DNA of 64,000 bases from Acidobacteriota bacterium (GCA_965217775.1 CBDCJH010000002.1:3104001-3168000); one strand, 5' to 3'. Shown: positions 31,403-41,356, counted from the first letter of the stretch. A program made the numbers and translations. Notes: a model not told the origin generated them from the sequence alone.

Positions 31403-32356
31403 ATGACTCAGGATACCTCAAAGACGGTGGGTGTGGACATCTCGAAGGCGCATTTGGACGTGCACGAGTGGCCTTCGGGACGGTCGAAGCGGTTCCCCAA
31501 CGACACGGCAGGGTTCCAGGCCCTGGCCCGCTGGATCGGACCGGAGGTCCGGTGCGTGGTGTATGAGTCCACGGGCCCCTGGCACCGGGCGATGGAGGAA
31601 GCTCTGGCCGCTCGGTTGCCGCTGGCTCGGGTCAACGCGATGCGGGCGCGGCGGTTCGCGCAGGCGCTGGGCCAGGAGGCCAAGACCGACGCGGTGGATG
31701 CCCGGATCCTGGCCCGGATGGGGGAGGCGCTCCCGTTGCGGCGTGTGGACGTGTCCTCGCCCACGCAGCGCCAGTTGGAGGAACTGATCTCGGCGCGGGA
31801 CGGGCTGGTGAAGGATCGGACGGCGGCTCGCAACCGGAGCCACCACGCGCGCCACCCGATGGTGAAGCGGCATTTGCGACAGCGGCTGGCTCAGATTGAG
31901 CGCCAGATCCGGGCCCTGGACGGCGAGTTCCGCAAGTTGCTGAAAGCCGATCCGGCGCTGGCGCGCAAAGCCGAAGTGCTGACTTCGATTCCGGGAATGG
32001 GTCCGGTCACGGTCGCGGGCCTGCTCTCTCTGATGCCGGAACTGGGACAGATCGACTCCAAGGCGGTGGCCAGCTTGGCCGGTCTGGCGCCGGTGGCTCG
32101 GGAGTCGGGGACCTGGAAGGGACGTCGCTTCATCCGCGGGGGCCGGCATCGGGTGCGGCGGATGCTGTATATGGCCGCCCTCACCGCCATTCGACACAAT
32201 CCGGACTACATCCAGAAGTATCGCCAGCTGCGTGAGCGGGGCAAGGCGCCGAAGGTGGCGCTCACGGCGATCATGCGCAAGATGGTGATTTTGGCCAACG
32301 TCCTGCTGAGCCAGGATCGGGTGTGGACACCGCGGCCAGTCAGGGCGGTCGGATGA
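31403..32356 (+). CDS. IS110 DEDD recombinase/transposase
   Basis: VGVDISK, YESTG, KTDAVDA (DEDD); SIPGMG; GLAP...SG catalytic Ser; RRFIRGGR; RBS AGGA. Confidence 0.97.
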   Translation: MTQDTSKTVGVDISKAHLDVHEWPSGRSKRFPNDTAGFQALARWIGPEVRCVVYESTGPWHRAMEEALAARLPLARVNAMRARRFAQALGQEAKTDAVDARILARMGEALPLRRVDVSSPTQRQLEELISARDGLVKDRTAARNRSHHARHPMVKRHLRQRLAQIERQIRALDGEFRKLLKADPALARKAEVLTSIPGMGPVTVAGLLSLMPELGQIDSKAVASLAGLAPVARESGTWKGRRFIRGGRHRVRRMLYMAALTAIRHNPDYIQKYRQLRERGKAPKVALTAIMRKMVILANVLLSQDRVWTPRPVRAVG

Positions 32357-33013
32357 GTCTAACCAGGGAGGAAACAATCCCTGGAAAATCGGAAGATTTG
32401 CAACATGGATACTCCCTCATCGCGCCTTGTCCGGCGGGCGCAGGAACGGTCTCGGTGCTCGCGGGACTTTCACCACGGACTGTTAACAGCGTACACGACT
32501 GCCGCGGTGCCGACGGCGGAGGCAGCCGGCGACAAGGCCCTGGACGAATGGATTGGAACTTGGACGTCCCAGGTCGTATTCAAACCGGCTGCATGGTCGC
32601 TGAAGCCCAGAAAAATATCAGGAACGTCGAAGGCCGAGTGGATTCTGCATAGCCGATACCAGCAGATCTCCAGCCGCGCCGGGGAGTATGAGACCCGCGA
32701 ACTCCAGCGCTATGAACCGAAGAGCGGCAAGTATCACAAGTGGGTCTTTTCGTCTGACGGCTCGAACAGCTTCTGGATTGGCGCCTGGGACGCAGAGTCC
32801 TCCACCATGACCTGGGAGTACGTCGACTTCGGCGCCGGCCTCAGGGGCAAGATCGTGGATCGCTTTTTCAGCGACGGGAAATACGAATCGAAACTGCTTA
32901 TGGAGGACAGCACGGGCAACGTGCTCCTGGATGTCCGGTCCATACAGACTCCCGTCCAGAAACCCGCCGGGTAGTCCCCGTTCCGCTTCCGCAGCGGCTG
33001 GCCGTCGCCGCTG

Positions 33014-34114
33014 TCAGGCCACCCGATACGGTTCCAGTACTTCCCAATTCGGCTCCATGCCCAGTCCCGGGGTCTGGGGAACGCTCACGCAACCGTCGGC
33101 GTCCAGGGTCAGAGATTCCTTGAAGATCCGGCCGTGCAACGGGTTCACAGTCTCCCGGTAGAACTCCAGAATCAGGCCGTTGGGAATAGCGGCCACCAGA
33201 TGGATATGCACCTCCTGGGCGCCGTGGGGGGCGATGTGCAAGTCGTGCGCCGCGGCCAGGGAAGCCACGTTCATGAACTCGGTGATTCCGCCCAGGATCT
33301 GGGCGTCGGCGTTGAGAATGGACGCCGAACCGTGCTGGATCAGATCCCGGAAGCCGTAGCGCGTGTATTCGTTCTCGCCCGTGGCCACGGGGATGGAGCT
33401 GGACTGGGCGACCCGGGCGTGTCCCTCGTAGTCGTCCGGCGCCACCGGCTCTTCGAACCAGAAGACGTCGTAGGGTTCCATCTTCCTGGCGATCTCCACC
33501 GCCTGGTAGGCCACATAGGCGTTGTTGGCGTCGACCATCAGCTTGACGTCGGGACCGATCGCCTCGCGCACCACGCGAACCCGCTCCACGTCCTGGTTGA
33601 TCTCCATTCCGCCGATCTTCATCTTCACCGCCCGGGCGCCCAACGCCAGGCTCTCCTCCATCTCCTGGGCCAGTTCCCGGAGGCCCTTCCCCTCCTCGTA
33701 GTAGCCGCCGGCGACATAGGTGGGGATTCGGTCCCGGAACCCTCCCAGAAGCTTGTGAACCGGCTTCCCGAGGGCCTTTCCCATCAGGTCCCAGAGGGCG
33801 ATGTCCACGGCACTGATGACCCAGGTCGTCAGCCCCCGGCGGCCCACGACCTTGGGCAGCCACATGTTCTCCCAGATCCGACGGTAATTGAACGGATCCT
33901 CTCCGATCAGGGCTTCCTTGAAATGTTCCACCAGTGCGATGGTCATGGGAGCCGACAAGCCGGGGCCTCCCGCCCAGCCGACACCGGTGAGCCCTTCATC
34001 GGTGTGCACGCGGACCAGATTCAGCCGTACCGTGGCATAGGTGTATTTGCCGTTGCTGATGGGCCGGGGACGCGGCCAGGAATAGCACTGTACGGTCACA
34101 TCGGTGATCTTCAT
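33014..34114 (-). CDS. Mandelate racemase/muconate lactonizing enzyme family protein
   Basis: SAVDIALWDL.GK, KMKIG, LMVDAN, WFEEP, TGENE. Confidence 0.93.
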   Translation of the reverse strand: MKITDVTVQCYSWPRPRPISNGKYTYATVRLNLVRVHTDEGLTGVGWAGGPGLSAPMTIALVEHFKEALIGEDPFNYRRIWENMWLPKVVGRRGLTTWVISAVDIALWDLMGKALGKPVHKLLGGFRDRIPTYVAGGYYEEGKGLRELAQEMEESLALGARAVKMKIGGMEINQDVERVRVVREAIGPDVKLMVDANNAYVAYQAVEIARKMEPYDVFWFEEPVAPDDYEGHARVAQSSSIPVATGENEYTRYGFRDLIQHGSASILNADAQILGGITEFMNVASLAAAHDLHIAPHGAQEVHIHLVAAIPNGLILEFYRETVNPLHGRIFKESLTLDADGCVSVPQTPGLGMEPNWEVLEPYRVA

Positions 34115-34352
34115 TTACGATGCTCCTTGCCCCGGCACCATAGCAGTCCGCACCGGAAGTCGCCACGGGCCGCCGACAGAGCCGGGGACTGCGGGCCATC
34201 GCCGGCTCCAGAGCTTCCATCCTCCCGGCGTGGGTATCTTTTTTCCCTGTCGGTTTCTCCCGGGGGCGGTGGTAGGATGCGTCGTTCGCCCGTGGTACGA
34301 TGATTTCCAATCGGCAAGGTAACGAAGATCTCAATATCGCACTGCCATCGAG

Positions 34353-35258
34353 ATGACCGCCCATTCGAGTCGACCCACCCGACGGCGTTTTCAGCGGGAA
34401 CTGGGAATGGCTCTGGCCGGCGGCGGTTGGATTCTTCCCCTGGCCTGCAGCGCACCGGAGAAGGAGTCCTCAACCGGTAGCGGCGGGAACGTCCCGCCGG
34501 CCTGCAACTTCCAGGTTTCCTTCATGACCTGGGACTTACCTCCCCCGGCCTACAGCGAGAAACACGACATTCCCTTCGGGAACATGGCCCGCATCCAGTT
34601 GGACGCCATGATCGACGTCATCGACGATTCCAGCGGTGGCAGCGAGCGTTTCATTCTGATCCAGCCCTGCCGGACCGAGCGTGTCTACAAGGAAGACCGT
34701 CTCTTCCAGATCCCCAGCGCCGAGTACCGCGTGATCTATTCCCTGGATCGGCGCCGGAGCGTCGGAAAGGGGATGACCTACCGGGGAGGAAGGTCGGTCG
34801 GAAGTTTGGTCAAAGACAAATTTCGGTCCCTCGTCATCGACGTGGTGACCTTTCCGAACACGCGAGTGCTCCGAACGCCCGCCGAGGTCAATGAGGCGAC
34901 CGGGGCCAACCACCCCTTGGTGGGCCGCACCGAAATCAAGGACCCTCAGCGTCCGCTGAGGTACGTCATCGAATATCCCGTCAAGACCATGAACTTCATG
35001 CCCAAGGACAACTCCTACCAGATCGATACGGGACCGCTCCTGGTCCCCGATTTCGATTTGGAAAAGGAGTCGGCCATCGATCGACTGGAGATGGCTCATG
35101 TCGCGTTCAACCACAAAGCTCCGGACCTGGCCGAGTTCATCCTTCGGCAGCCCACGCCGGTCATGGACGAAACCGGCCGGGAGCTCTGCCGGGTTCTCCA
35201 TTACTCCAAGGTCCGTGTCCACTCGGCCCGCAATACCCTGCTGGCCGGGACAGCCTAG
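34353..35258 (+). CDS. Hypothetical Tat-exported lipoprotein, copy 1
   Basis: TRRRF + LAC lipobox; paralog at 38511. Confidence 0.7.
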   Translation: MTAHSSRPTRRRFQRELGMALAGGGWILPLACSAPEKESSTGSGGNVPPACNFQVSFMTWDLPPPAYSEKHDIPFGNMARIQLDAMIDVIDDSSGGSERFILIQPCRTERVYKEDRLFQIPSAEYRVIYSLDRRRSVGKGMTYRGGRSVGSLVKDKFRSLVIDVVTFPNTRVLRTPAEVNEATGANHPLVGRTEIKDPQRPLRYVIEYPVKTMNFMPKDNSYQIDTGPLLVPDFDLEKESAIDRLEMAHVAFNHKAPDLAEFILRQPTPVMDETGRELCRVLHYSKVRVHSARNTLLAGTA

Positions 35259-35284
35259 TCGACTTCACTCGGGAGATTCGCATC

Positions 35285-38200
35285 ATGTTGAGCAAAAGTC
35301 CTTTCCCTTCCTCCTCTCTTCCCCGCTTATGTTGCACTTTGCGCCGCCTGGGTATCGCAGCGGCGGTTCTGCTGGCGGGCGCCGTCCTGCTACCCGCCCA
35401 GACCGACACCGGCACCATCCGAGGCTACGTCTACGATGAGACCCGGGCCGTCCTCCCCGGCGTCAGCGTCACCGCGACCTACCAGGGCCGGGGCGTGGCC
35501 CGGGAAGCCCTCACTTCGGATCTCGGCGAATACGTCCTGAGCCGGGTCGATCCCGGCCTCTACACGCTCCGCTTCGAGCTGCCGGGGTTCGCTCCCTACG
35601 TGGTCCAGGATCTGCGGGTTCTGGTCGGAGAGACCCAGACCTTCTCTCCGGAGATCGTGGTGGCCGCCGAGGCCATCGTCATCACCGCGGAAGCGACCCG
35701 GACGGTGATCGCCCGCGACAAGACCCAGCAGTCCAACCACATCGATTCCACCAGCATCGAGGACCTTCCCATCAACCGCCGCGACTACCTGGATCTGGCG
35801 CTTCTGACTCCTGGAGTGGTGGACTCGAACTACGTGGCGGATGACCGCGACTTCCGCATCGCCCCGACTCCGGCGTCCGGACTCGGCATCGGCGGCGGCG
35901 GCGGGCGCGGCAACACCTTCACCATCGACGGCCTGAACAACAACTACGGCACCGGCGCCGTTCGGTCCTCCATCACCCAGGAGGCGGTGCAGGAGTTTCA
36001 GATCAACCGCAATTCGTTCTCCGCCGAACTGGGCGGCGCGCCCGGTGGCGCCATCAACATCGTCACCAAGGGGGGGACCAACGAATTTCGAGGGTCCATC
36101 TTCGGAGTGCTCCGCAACCGCCACTTCCAGTCCCGCAACTACTTCGATCCGTCCGAGTCGGCCTACACCCGGGCCCAGAGCGGGGGGTCCTTCGGCGGCC
36201 CCATCCTGCGCGACAGGACGTTTTTCTTCACGGCCTACGAACGCCTCGACCGTCACGAGTCGTCGTTCGTACCCCTGCTCCAGGACAGGTCGTTTCTCTA
36301 TGAGCTGAAGCCCTCGCAGAAGGCCCTGGCCGATTTGCTCACCAGTCCCGCCGCTCCGCCCTTTCTGGTCCCGGCGGCAAAGCAACTCGTCCAAGCCTTG
36401 ATTCCGGGAAACCATCCCCACGTGGTCCAACTGTTCGAGAGCAACAGCGGAGTCTTCCCCTTCTCGGAAGAACGGCAGCAATTCATCGCCCGCGTCGACC
36501 ATGCGGTGGGGCCCGGACACAATCTCTTCTTCCGGGGAAACTGGACCGGACAGAACAGCCAGAACACCAACTTCGGTTCGCTGGTGGCCCGGAGCCGGGG
36601 ACGCGACAACGACGTGAACGATTTCACCATCGGATTGGGCAACAACTGGGTGATCAGTCCGGAATGGATCAGCGAAACCTGGTTGGGCGTCGGGTACCAC
36701 GACTTCGGCGTCTTCCCCACCGACCCGCACGGCCCCTCCATCGACATCAGCGGATACGGGAATTTCGGACGGGACTTCATCCTGCCGACCCGGAACGTCG
36801 AACGGATGGTCCAGGCACGGCAGAACTTCACCTACGTCTCCGGCGGCCATACGGTGAAGGTCGGTGCGGACGTCCATCCCTTCTACGACAGCGTCCGGTC
36901 CGAGACCTTCTTCAGCGGACGGTTCATCTTCGGCGAAGCGGTGCCCCTTTCGGTGCTGATCGACGGCGCGCTCGGGGCTCCCATTTCCCCGCTGATCAAG
37001 GGATTGCTGATTGGGGCCGGCAGGCCTCAGTTGGCGGAGGCCGTAGACGAACCCATCACCTCGCTCCAGGCCTATGCGCTGGGCCTCCCCATCGTCTACC
37101 AGCAGGGCTTCGGGAATCCCTACTGGCGCGGATGGGGGAACAACTACGGATTCTTTTTGGAGGATTCGTGGCGCGTCCACCCCAAATTCCTGCTGACTCT
37201 GGGGTTGCGCTACGAACTCTTTCGCAAGTCGGATTTCCCCCGGGACAACAACAACTTCGGACCGCGGATGGGATTTGCCTGGAGCCCTGACGCCAAGACT
37301 GTGGTGCGAGGCGGTTACGGGATCTTCCACGGCCGGATCGACGGTCAGATCACCTACATCCACGATCTGCTCTCGGACGAATCGCAGCAGATCTTTCAAG
37401 TCTTCGTCCCCCTGACCGGCATCCAGGGCTTCACCAGTGCGCTGACCGGACAGCCGCTCACCTCGGCGGAAATTTATCAGACGGCCTTGGCTCGGGGCAT
37501 CCTGGGCAAGCGGCAGATCCAGGCGGAGGATCTGGCCATCCACGGGCTCACTCCCATGCGAGACCTCCCTTTGCGCGTCGCGTTCTCGGTGGCCGACGAT
37601 TTGGTGAACCCCTACTCCCAGCAGGCAAGCCTCGAAATCCAGAGAGAGGCGAGGGGATTCTCCCTTTCGGCCGGCTACAACTTCAACCGCGGCGTTCACA
37701 TCGTCCGGCCCCTGGACATCAACATCTACCGGGCCGGAACCAATGCCGAGGGAAGGCCCATCGTCGGTTTTCGCAGGCCGGAAATCCTGCAGGACAACGT
37801 CTACGGCAGCTGGTCCAATTCCTTTTATCACGCCCTGGTCCTGCAACTGGAGAAGCGCATTTCGAACGGCTTCGTGATCTCGGCCCATCACACCTGGAGC
37901 AAGGCGATGGACGAGATGACCGACTACAACTCCTCGTTTCAACCGCATCAGCAATGGGATGCCGGGGCGGAATTGGCCCTCTCCTCCTACCACCGGGGAC
38001 ACCGATTCGTCGTCCGCACCCTGGCGAAACTCCCCTGGAAAGCCGGCCGGGGAAAGGGATTCGGACACAACGTGTTCGGCGATCTGACCCTTTCCGGCAT
38101 CCTCGCCGCGCGCTCGTTCGCCCCCTTCAACCTCAACGCTGGGCACGACAACGTGGGTGACCGTCACACCGACACCCACCGGCCTTTGGGCCTGGGACGC

Positions 38201-38476
38201 AACGTTGGGATCGGACCCAACTTTTTCAGCATCGACATGCGCGTGAAGCGCCGGATCTCCCTCATGGAGGACAAGAGCGTGGACATCGTCGTCGAGGCGT
38301 TCAACTTGCTCAACCGCACCAACTTCAAGCACGTCAACGGCGACGTGGGAACGCTTACGTTGGAAGAGCTTCCGTCCTCTTACAAGGGGCGCGTGGGCCC
38401 CGTAACGCAGCCGTTCTCGTACACCTCGGCATTCCCGCCGCGGCAAGTCCAGATCTCTCTACGTCTCAACTTCTGA
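35285..38476 (+). CDS. TonB-dependent receptor (Oar-like)
   Basis: GTIRGYVYD, LPINRRDY, TKGGTNEFRG, EDSWRV, LGLRYE, EAFNLLN, QISLRLNF. Confidence 0.95.
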   Translation: MLSKSPFPSSSLPRLCCTLRRLGIAAAVLLAGAVLLPAQTDTGTIRGYVYDETRAVLPGVSVTATYQGRGVAREALTSDLGEYVLSRVDPGLYTLRFELPGFAPYVVQDLRVLVGETQTFSPEIVVAAEAIVITAEATRTVIARDKTQQSNHIDSTSIEDLPINRRDYLDLALLTPGVVDSNYVADDRDFRIAPTPASGLGIGGGGGRGNTFTIDGLNNNYGTGAVRSSITQEAVQEFQINRNSFSAELGGAPGGAINIVTKGGTNEFRGSIFGVLRNRHFQSRNYFDPSESAYTRAQSGGSFGGPILRDRTFFFTAYERLDRHESSFVPLLQDRSFLYELKPSQKALADLLTSPAAPPFLVPAAKQLVQALIPGNHPHVVQLFESNSGVFPFSEERQQFIARVDHAVGPGHNLFFRGNWTGQNSQNTNFGSLVARSRGRDNDVNDFTIGLGNNWVISPEWISETWLGVGYHDFGVFPTDPHGPSIDISGYGNFGRDFILPTRNVERMVQARQNFTYVSGGHTVKVGADVHPFYDSVRSETFFSGRFIFGEAVPLSVLIDGALGAPISPLIKGLLIGAGRPQLAEAVDEPITSLQAYALGLPIVYQQGFGNPYWRGWGNNYGFFLEDSWRVHPKFLLTLGLRYELFRKSDFPRDNNNFGPRMGFAWSPDAKTVVRGGYGIFHGRIDGQITYIHDLLSDESQQIFQVFVPLTGIQGFTSALTGQPLTSAEIYQTALARGILGKRQIQAEDLAIHGLTPMRDLPLRVAFSVADDLVNPYSQQASLEIQREARGFSLSAGYNFNRGVHIVRPLDINIYRAGTNAEGRPIVGFRRPEILQDNVYGSWSNSFYHALVLQLEKRISNGFVISAHHTWSKAMDEMTDYNSSFQPHQQWDAGAELALSSYHRGHRFVVRTLAKLPWKAGRGKGFGHNVFGDLTLSGILAARSFAPFNLNAGHDNVGDRHTDTHRPLGLGRNVGIGPNFFSIDMRVKRRISLMEDKSVDIVVEAFNLLNRTNFKHVNGDVGTLTLEELPSSYKGRVGPVTQPFSYTSAFPPRQVQISLRLNF

Positions 38477-38510
38477 TTTGAGGAATCGCATCAATACTTA
38501 GGAAACCGAC

Positions 38511-39410
38511 ATGATGAATCGATCGACCCGCCGTCATTTTCAGGGACAGTTGGGAGCCGCCCTGGCCGGAGGCAGCTGGATTCTGCCCATAGCCTGCCAA
38601 GCGCCGGCCGAAGAGTCCGCATCGGGCTCCGACGAATCCGCCGCGAGGCCGGCTTGCGACTTCCAGGCCTCCTTCATGACCTGGGACTTCCCTAACCCCG
38701 GTTCCAACGAGAAGCACGACATTCCGCACGGAAACATGGCCCGCATCCAGGTGGACGCCATGATCGACGTGATCGACGACTCCAGCGGCGAAAGCGACCG
38801 GTTCGTCCTGATTCAACCCTGCCGGACCGAGCGGGTCTACAAGGAAGACCGGCTATTTCAGATCCCCAGCGGCGAATTTCGCGTGATCTATTCCCTGGAA
38901 GAGCATCGAAGCGTGGGCAAGGCGATGACCTACAAGGGCGGGGTCTCGAAGGGATCTGCGGTGAAGGACAACTTCCGTTCCCTGGTCATCGACGTGGTGA
39001 CCTTCCCCAAGACCCAGGCCCTGGGAACTCCCGCCGAGGTCAATGAGGCGACAGCGGCCAACCACCCGCTGGTGGGCCGCACCAAGATCGAGGACCCCGA
39101 GCTTCCATTGCGTTACGTCATCGAATACCCCATCAAGACCATGAACTTCATGCCCAAGGACAATTCCTACCAGATCGACACGGGGCCGCTCCTGGTCCCT
39201 GACTTCGATTTGGAAGCGAACTCGGCCATCGATCGCCTGGAGATGGCCCATGTCGCTTTCAATCACAAGCATCCGAACCTGGCCGAGTTCATACTGAGAA
39301 AGCCCACGCCGGTGACGGATGACTCCGGCAAGGAACTTTGCCAGATCCTCCACTACTCCAAGGTCCGGGTCGATTCGGCCCGTAATACGCTGCTGGCGGG
39401 CATGGCATAA
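38511..39410 (+). CDS. Hypothetical Tat-exported lipoprotein, copy 2
   Basis: TRRHF + IAC lipobox; colinear with 34353-35258. Confidence 0.7.
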   Translation: MMNRSTRRHFQGQLGAALAGGSWILPIACQAPAEESASGSDESAARPACDFQASFMTWDFPNPGSNEKHDIPHGNMARIQVDAMIDVIDDSSGESDRFVLIQPCRTERVYKEDRLFQIPSGEFRVIYSLEEHRSVGKAMTYKGGVSKGSAVKDNFRSLVIDVVTFPKTQALGTPAEVNEATAANHPLVGRTKIEDPELPLRYVIEYPIKTMNFMPKDNSYQIDTGPLLVPDFDLEANSAIDRLEMAHVAFNHKHPNLAEFILRKPTPVTDDSGKELCQILHYSKVRVDSARNTLLAGMA

Positions 39411-39499
39411 GATCTACAACTCCGTTGGGAATCTCGGATCAGGATTCAATACGAGGCCGCTCCCGCGCGATTCTTGCCTCGGTCAGTTCCTTTCGTCGC

Positions 39500-40317
39500 G
39501 CGGAAACCGTGCTCGTGCTAATCGCGAGTGCCGTCCTGCTGCGCGCCCAGACCGACACCGGAACCATCCGCGGCCACGTCTACGACCAGACCCGGGAGTC
39601 TGCGCGGTAGAAATGATCGTAGCGAGAAAGTGGGGAATCGAGGCCAGATTTTCTCGATTTGGAGGTGCATAGTTGTTCTATTCGCCGACAAATCGGGGAA
39701 ATATGGACCGATTCTACCGCTTTCGCAGTAGATCAATTTCTGCCGCGCAGGCTCCTAGCAGCCCGTGGCAAAAGTCGTCACGGCATTCGACCGTCCCTGC
39801 ATCCCGGCGGACTGCGTTGCTATCGGCTCACATACTCCCGGTATGCTCCCTCCGTTGCGCCTTGTCCGGCGGGCGCAGGAACGGTCTCGGTGCTCGCGAG
39901 ACTTTCACCACGGGCTGCTAGGCCGTCCTCCCCGGGGTGACCGTCACCGCGCGTTCCTTCGCCCCTTTCAATCTCAATGCCGGCTACGACAACGTGGGCG
40001 ACCGCCACACCAACACCCATCGTCCCTGGGGCGTGGGCCGAAACGTCGGCCTCGGACCCGACTACTTTACCGTGGACATGCGTGTGAAGCGCCGATTCTC
40101 CCTGGTTGAGGACAAGACCTTGGATGTCGTCGTAGAAGGCTTCAACCTGCTCAGCCGCACCAATTTGAGGAAGGTCAACGGCACCGTCGGCACGCTCACC
40201 CTGGAAGAATTCCCGTCCTCATACGAGGGACGCCGCGGACCGGTGACGAAACCGTTCTCAAATACCTCGAGATTCCTGGGGAGGCAGTTCCAGGTTTCTC
40301 TCCGCATCAATTTCTGA
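39500..40317 (+). pseudogene. Internally deleted paralog of the TonB receptor at 35285
   Basis: N-terminal remnant AQTDTGTIRGHVYDQTR (about 39530-39597) and C-terminal remnant ARSFAPFNLNAG...QVSLRINF (39937-40317). Confidence 0.85.
39759..39917. mobile_element. MITE copy 2 (159 bp)
   Basis: Same TIRs; CTAG duplication at 39755-39758 and 39918-39921. Confidence 0.92.
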
Positions 40318-40504
40318 TCGCGGGGCCACGATCAAGCCCCAAATACCTGCTTTTCGGCATCGCCCCGGCGACCCGACGTCCGGGCTCGAGTTTGGTGGGC
40401 GCAAACTGAAACTCGGCGTGGCGTCGATCGTCGACCGGCCCCCCGACCGGACCGAATCACGAACTTGCCTAGTACATGCGGACCAACTTGGTTATTGTAT
40501 AGAG

Positions 40505-41356
40505 GTGACATCCAACCTGACCGTCGGTGACCGCGTCCGACATCCGACAAAAACTGAGTGGGGGATCGGTCAGGTCCTCTACACCGAGGGCTCCAAGGCG
40601 GGTGTGTTTTTCATTGAGACCGGCGCCAAGACCATGTCAATGAGCCATGTGTCCTTGACGATTCTGGATCCACCACCGAGCCACCCGTTGCTGGACGGCA
40701 TTGATCCGAAAGCGGCAGCCGGGGTTGCGTATCAGAGTGTCAACAAATCCATCGATGGATTTGTTGACCGATACCCAGGTGGTTTCCACGATGACCGGTA
40801 TCTGCATAAGGAACGCGACTACAAGGTCAAGGCCCACGAACTGGCCAAAACCATTTTGAACCGAGCTGAGTTGGACCGGCTTATGGAGACCCGGGCATTC
40901 GCAGACGTCTGCCGGTCCGCTTTGCAAGCGGTAAACAAGACGAACCTGATCTTCCCCAACGAGAAGAAGGCTCTGAGGGATGGTCTGAAACCGGCGAAAC
41001 GCGAGGAAAAATTTGCGGTGGCGCTGCACGCACTGCTTCACGGGGAGAAAGCGTTTCGGTTGCGGTTCCAGCGCTTCGCATCCGTGCTCAAAGAAGTGGG
41101 GGCTGCGAAATGGACGGTCGCCACCTACTTTCCCTTCCTGCTGTACCCCGATCGGCACCAGTTCATCAAACCCAAGTATTCGCAGAATGCCGCCCGCAAA
41201 TGCGCCTTCGACCTCAAGTACACGCCGAAGCTTACTTGGACTACTTACAGGCAGATGTTGCGGTTCTCCGACTATCTGAAGTCGGAGCTGGCAGTCCTTG
41301 AACCGCGGGACAATATCGACGTCCAGTCCTTCATGTGGGCGATCGCTCAAGGGTGA
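40505..41356 (+). CDS. DUF3553-domain (SH3-like) protein
   Basis: GDRVRHP...WGIGQV N-terminus; AKWTVATYFPF and DNIDVQSFMW in the C-terminal domain; more AT-rich than neighbours. Confidence 0.7.
   Translation: MTSNLTVGDRVRHPTKTEWGIGQVLYTEGSKAGVFFIETGAKTMSMSHVSLTILDPPPSHPLLDGIDPKAAAGVAYQSVNKSIDGFVDRYPGGFHDDRYLHKERDYKVKAHELAKTILNRAELDRLMETRAFADVCRSALQAVNKTNLIFPNEKKALRDGLKPAKREEKFAVALHALLHGEKAFRLRFQRFASVLKEVGAAKWTVATYFPFLLYPDRHQFIKPKYSQNAARKCAFDLKYTPKLTWTTYRQMLRFSDYLKSELAVLEPRDNIDVQSFMWAIAQG

Larger units (their letters stand above)
30898..32413 (+). mobile_element. IS110-family element, no TIRs, CT core at both junctions
   Basis: Boundaries fixed by comparison with empty MITE copies: GTATG-CT|TGTCTG ... 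ATGGATA-CT|CCCTC. Confidence 0.93.
30809..32482. mobile_element. MITE copy 1 (158 bp: 30809-30897 plus 32414-32482), interrupted by IS110
   Basis: TIRs CAGCCCGTGGTAAAAGTC / GACTTTCACCACGGACTG; TTAA duplication at 30805-30808 and 32483-32486. Confidence 0.92.
30766..32974 (+). pseudogene. Exported protein (DUF1579-like) interrupted in its signal peptide by MITE::IS110
   Basis: MRHASVTLTVFVLL | TAYTTAAVP...WIGTWTS joins at a duplicated TTAA; matches the uninterrupted paralog N-terminus at 21103. Confidence 0.8.

Noticed and set aside
35390-38446. 1018-aa antisense ORF and similar long shadow ORFs (22233-24671, 58208-60145, 61973-63622)
   Set aside because: Expected antisense open frames of high-GC coding sequence; no recognisable motifs
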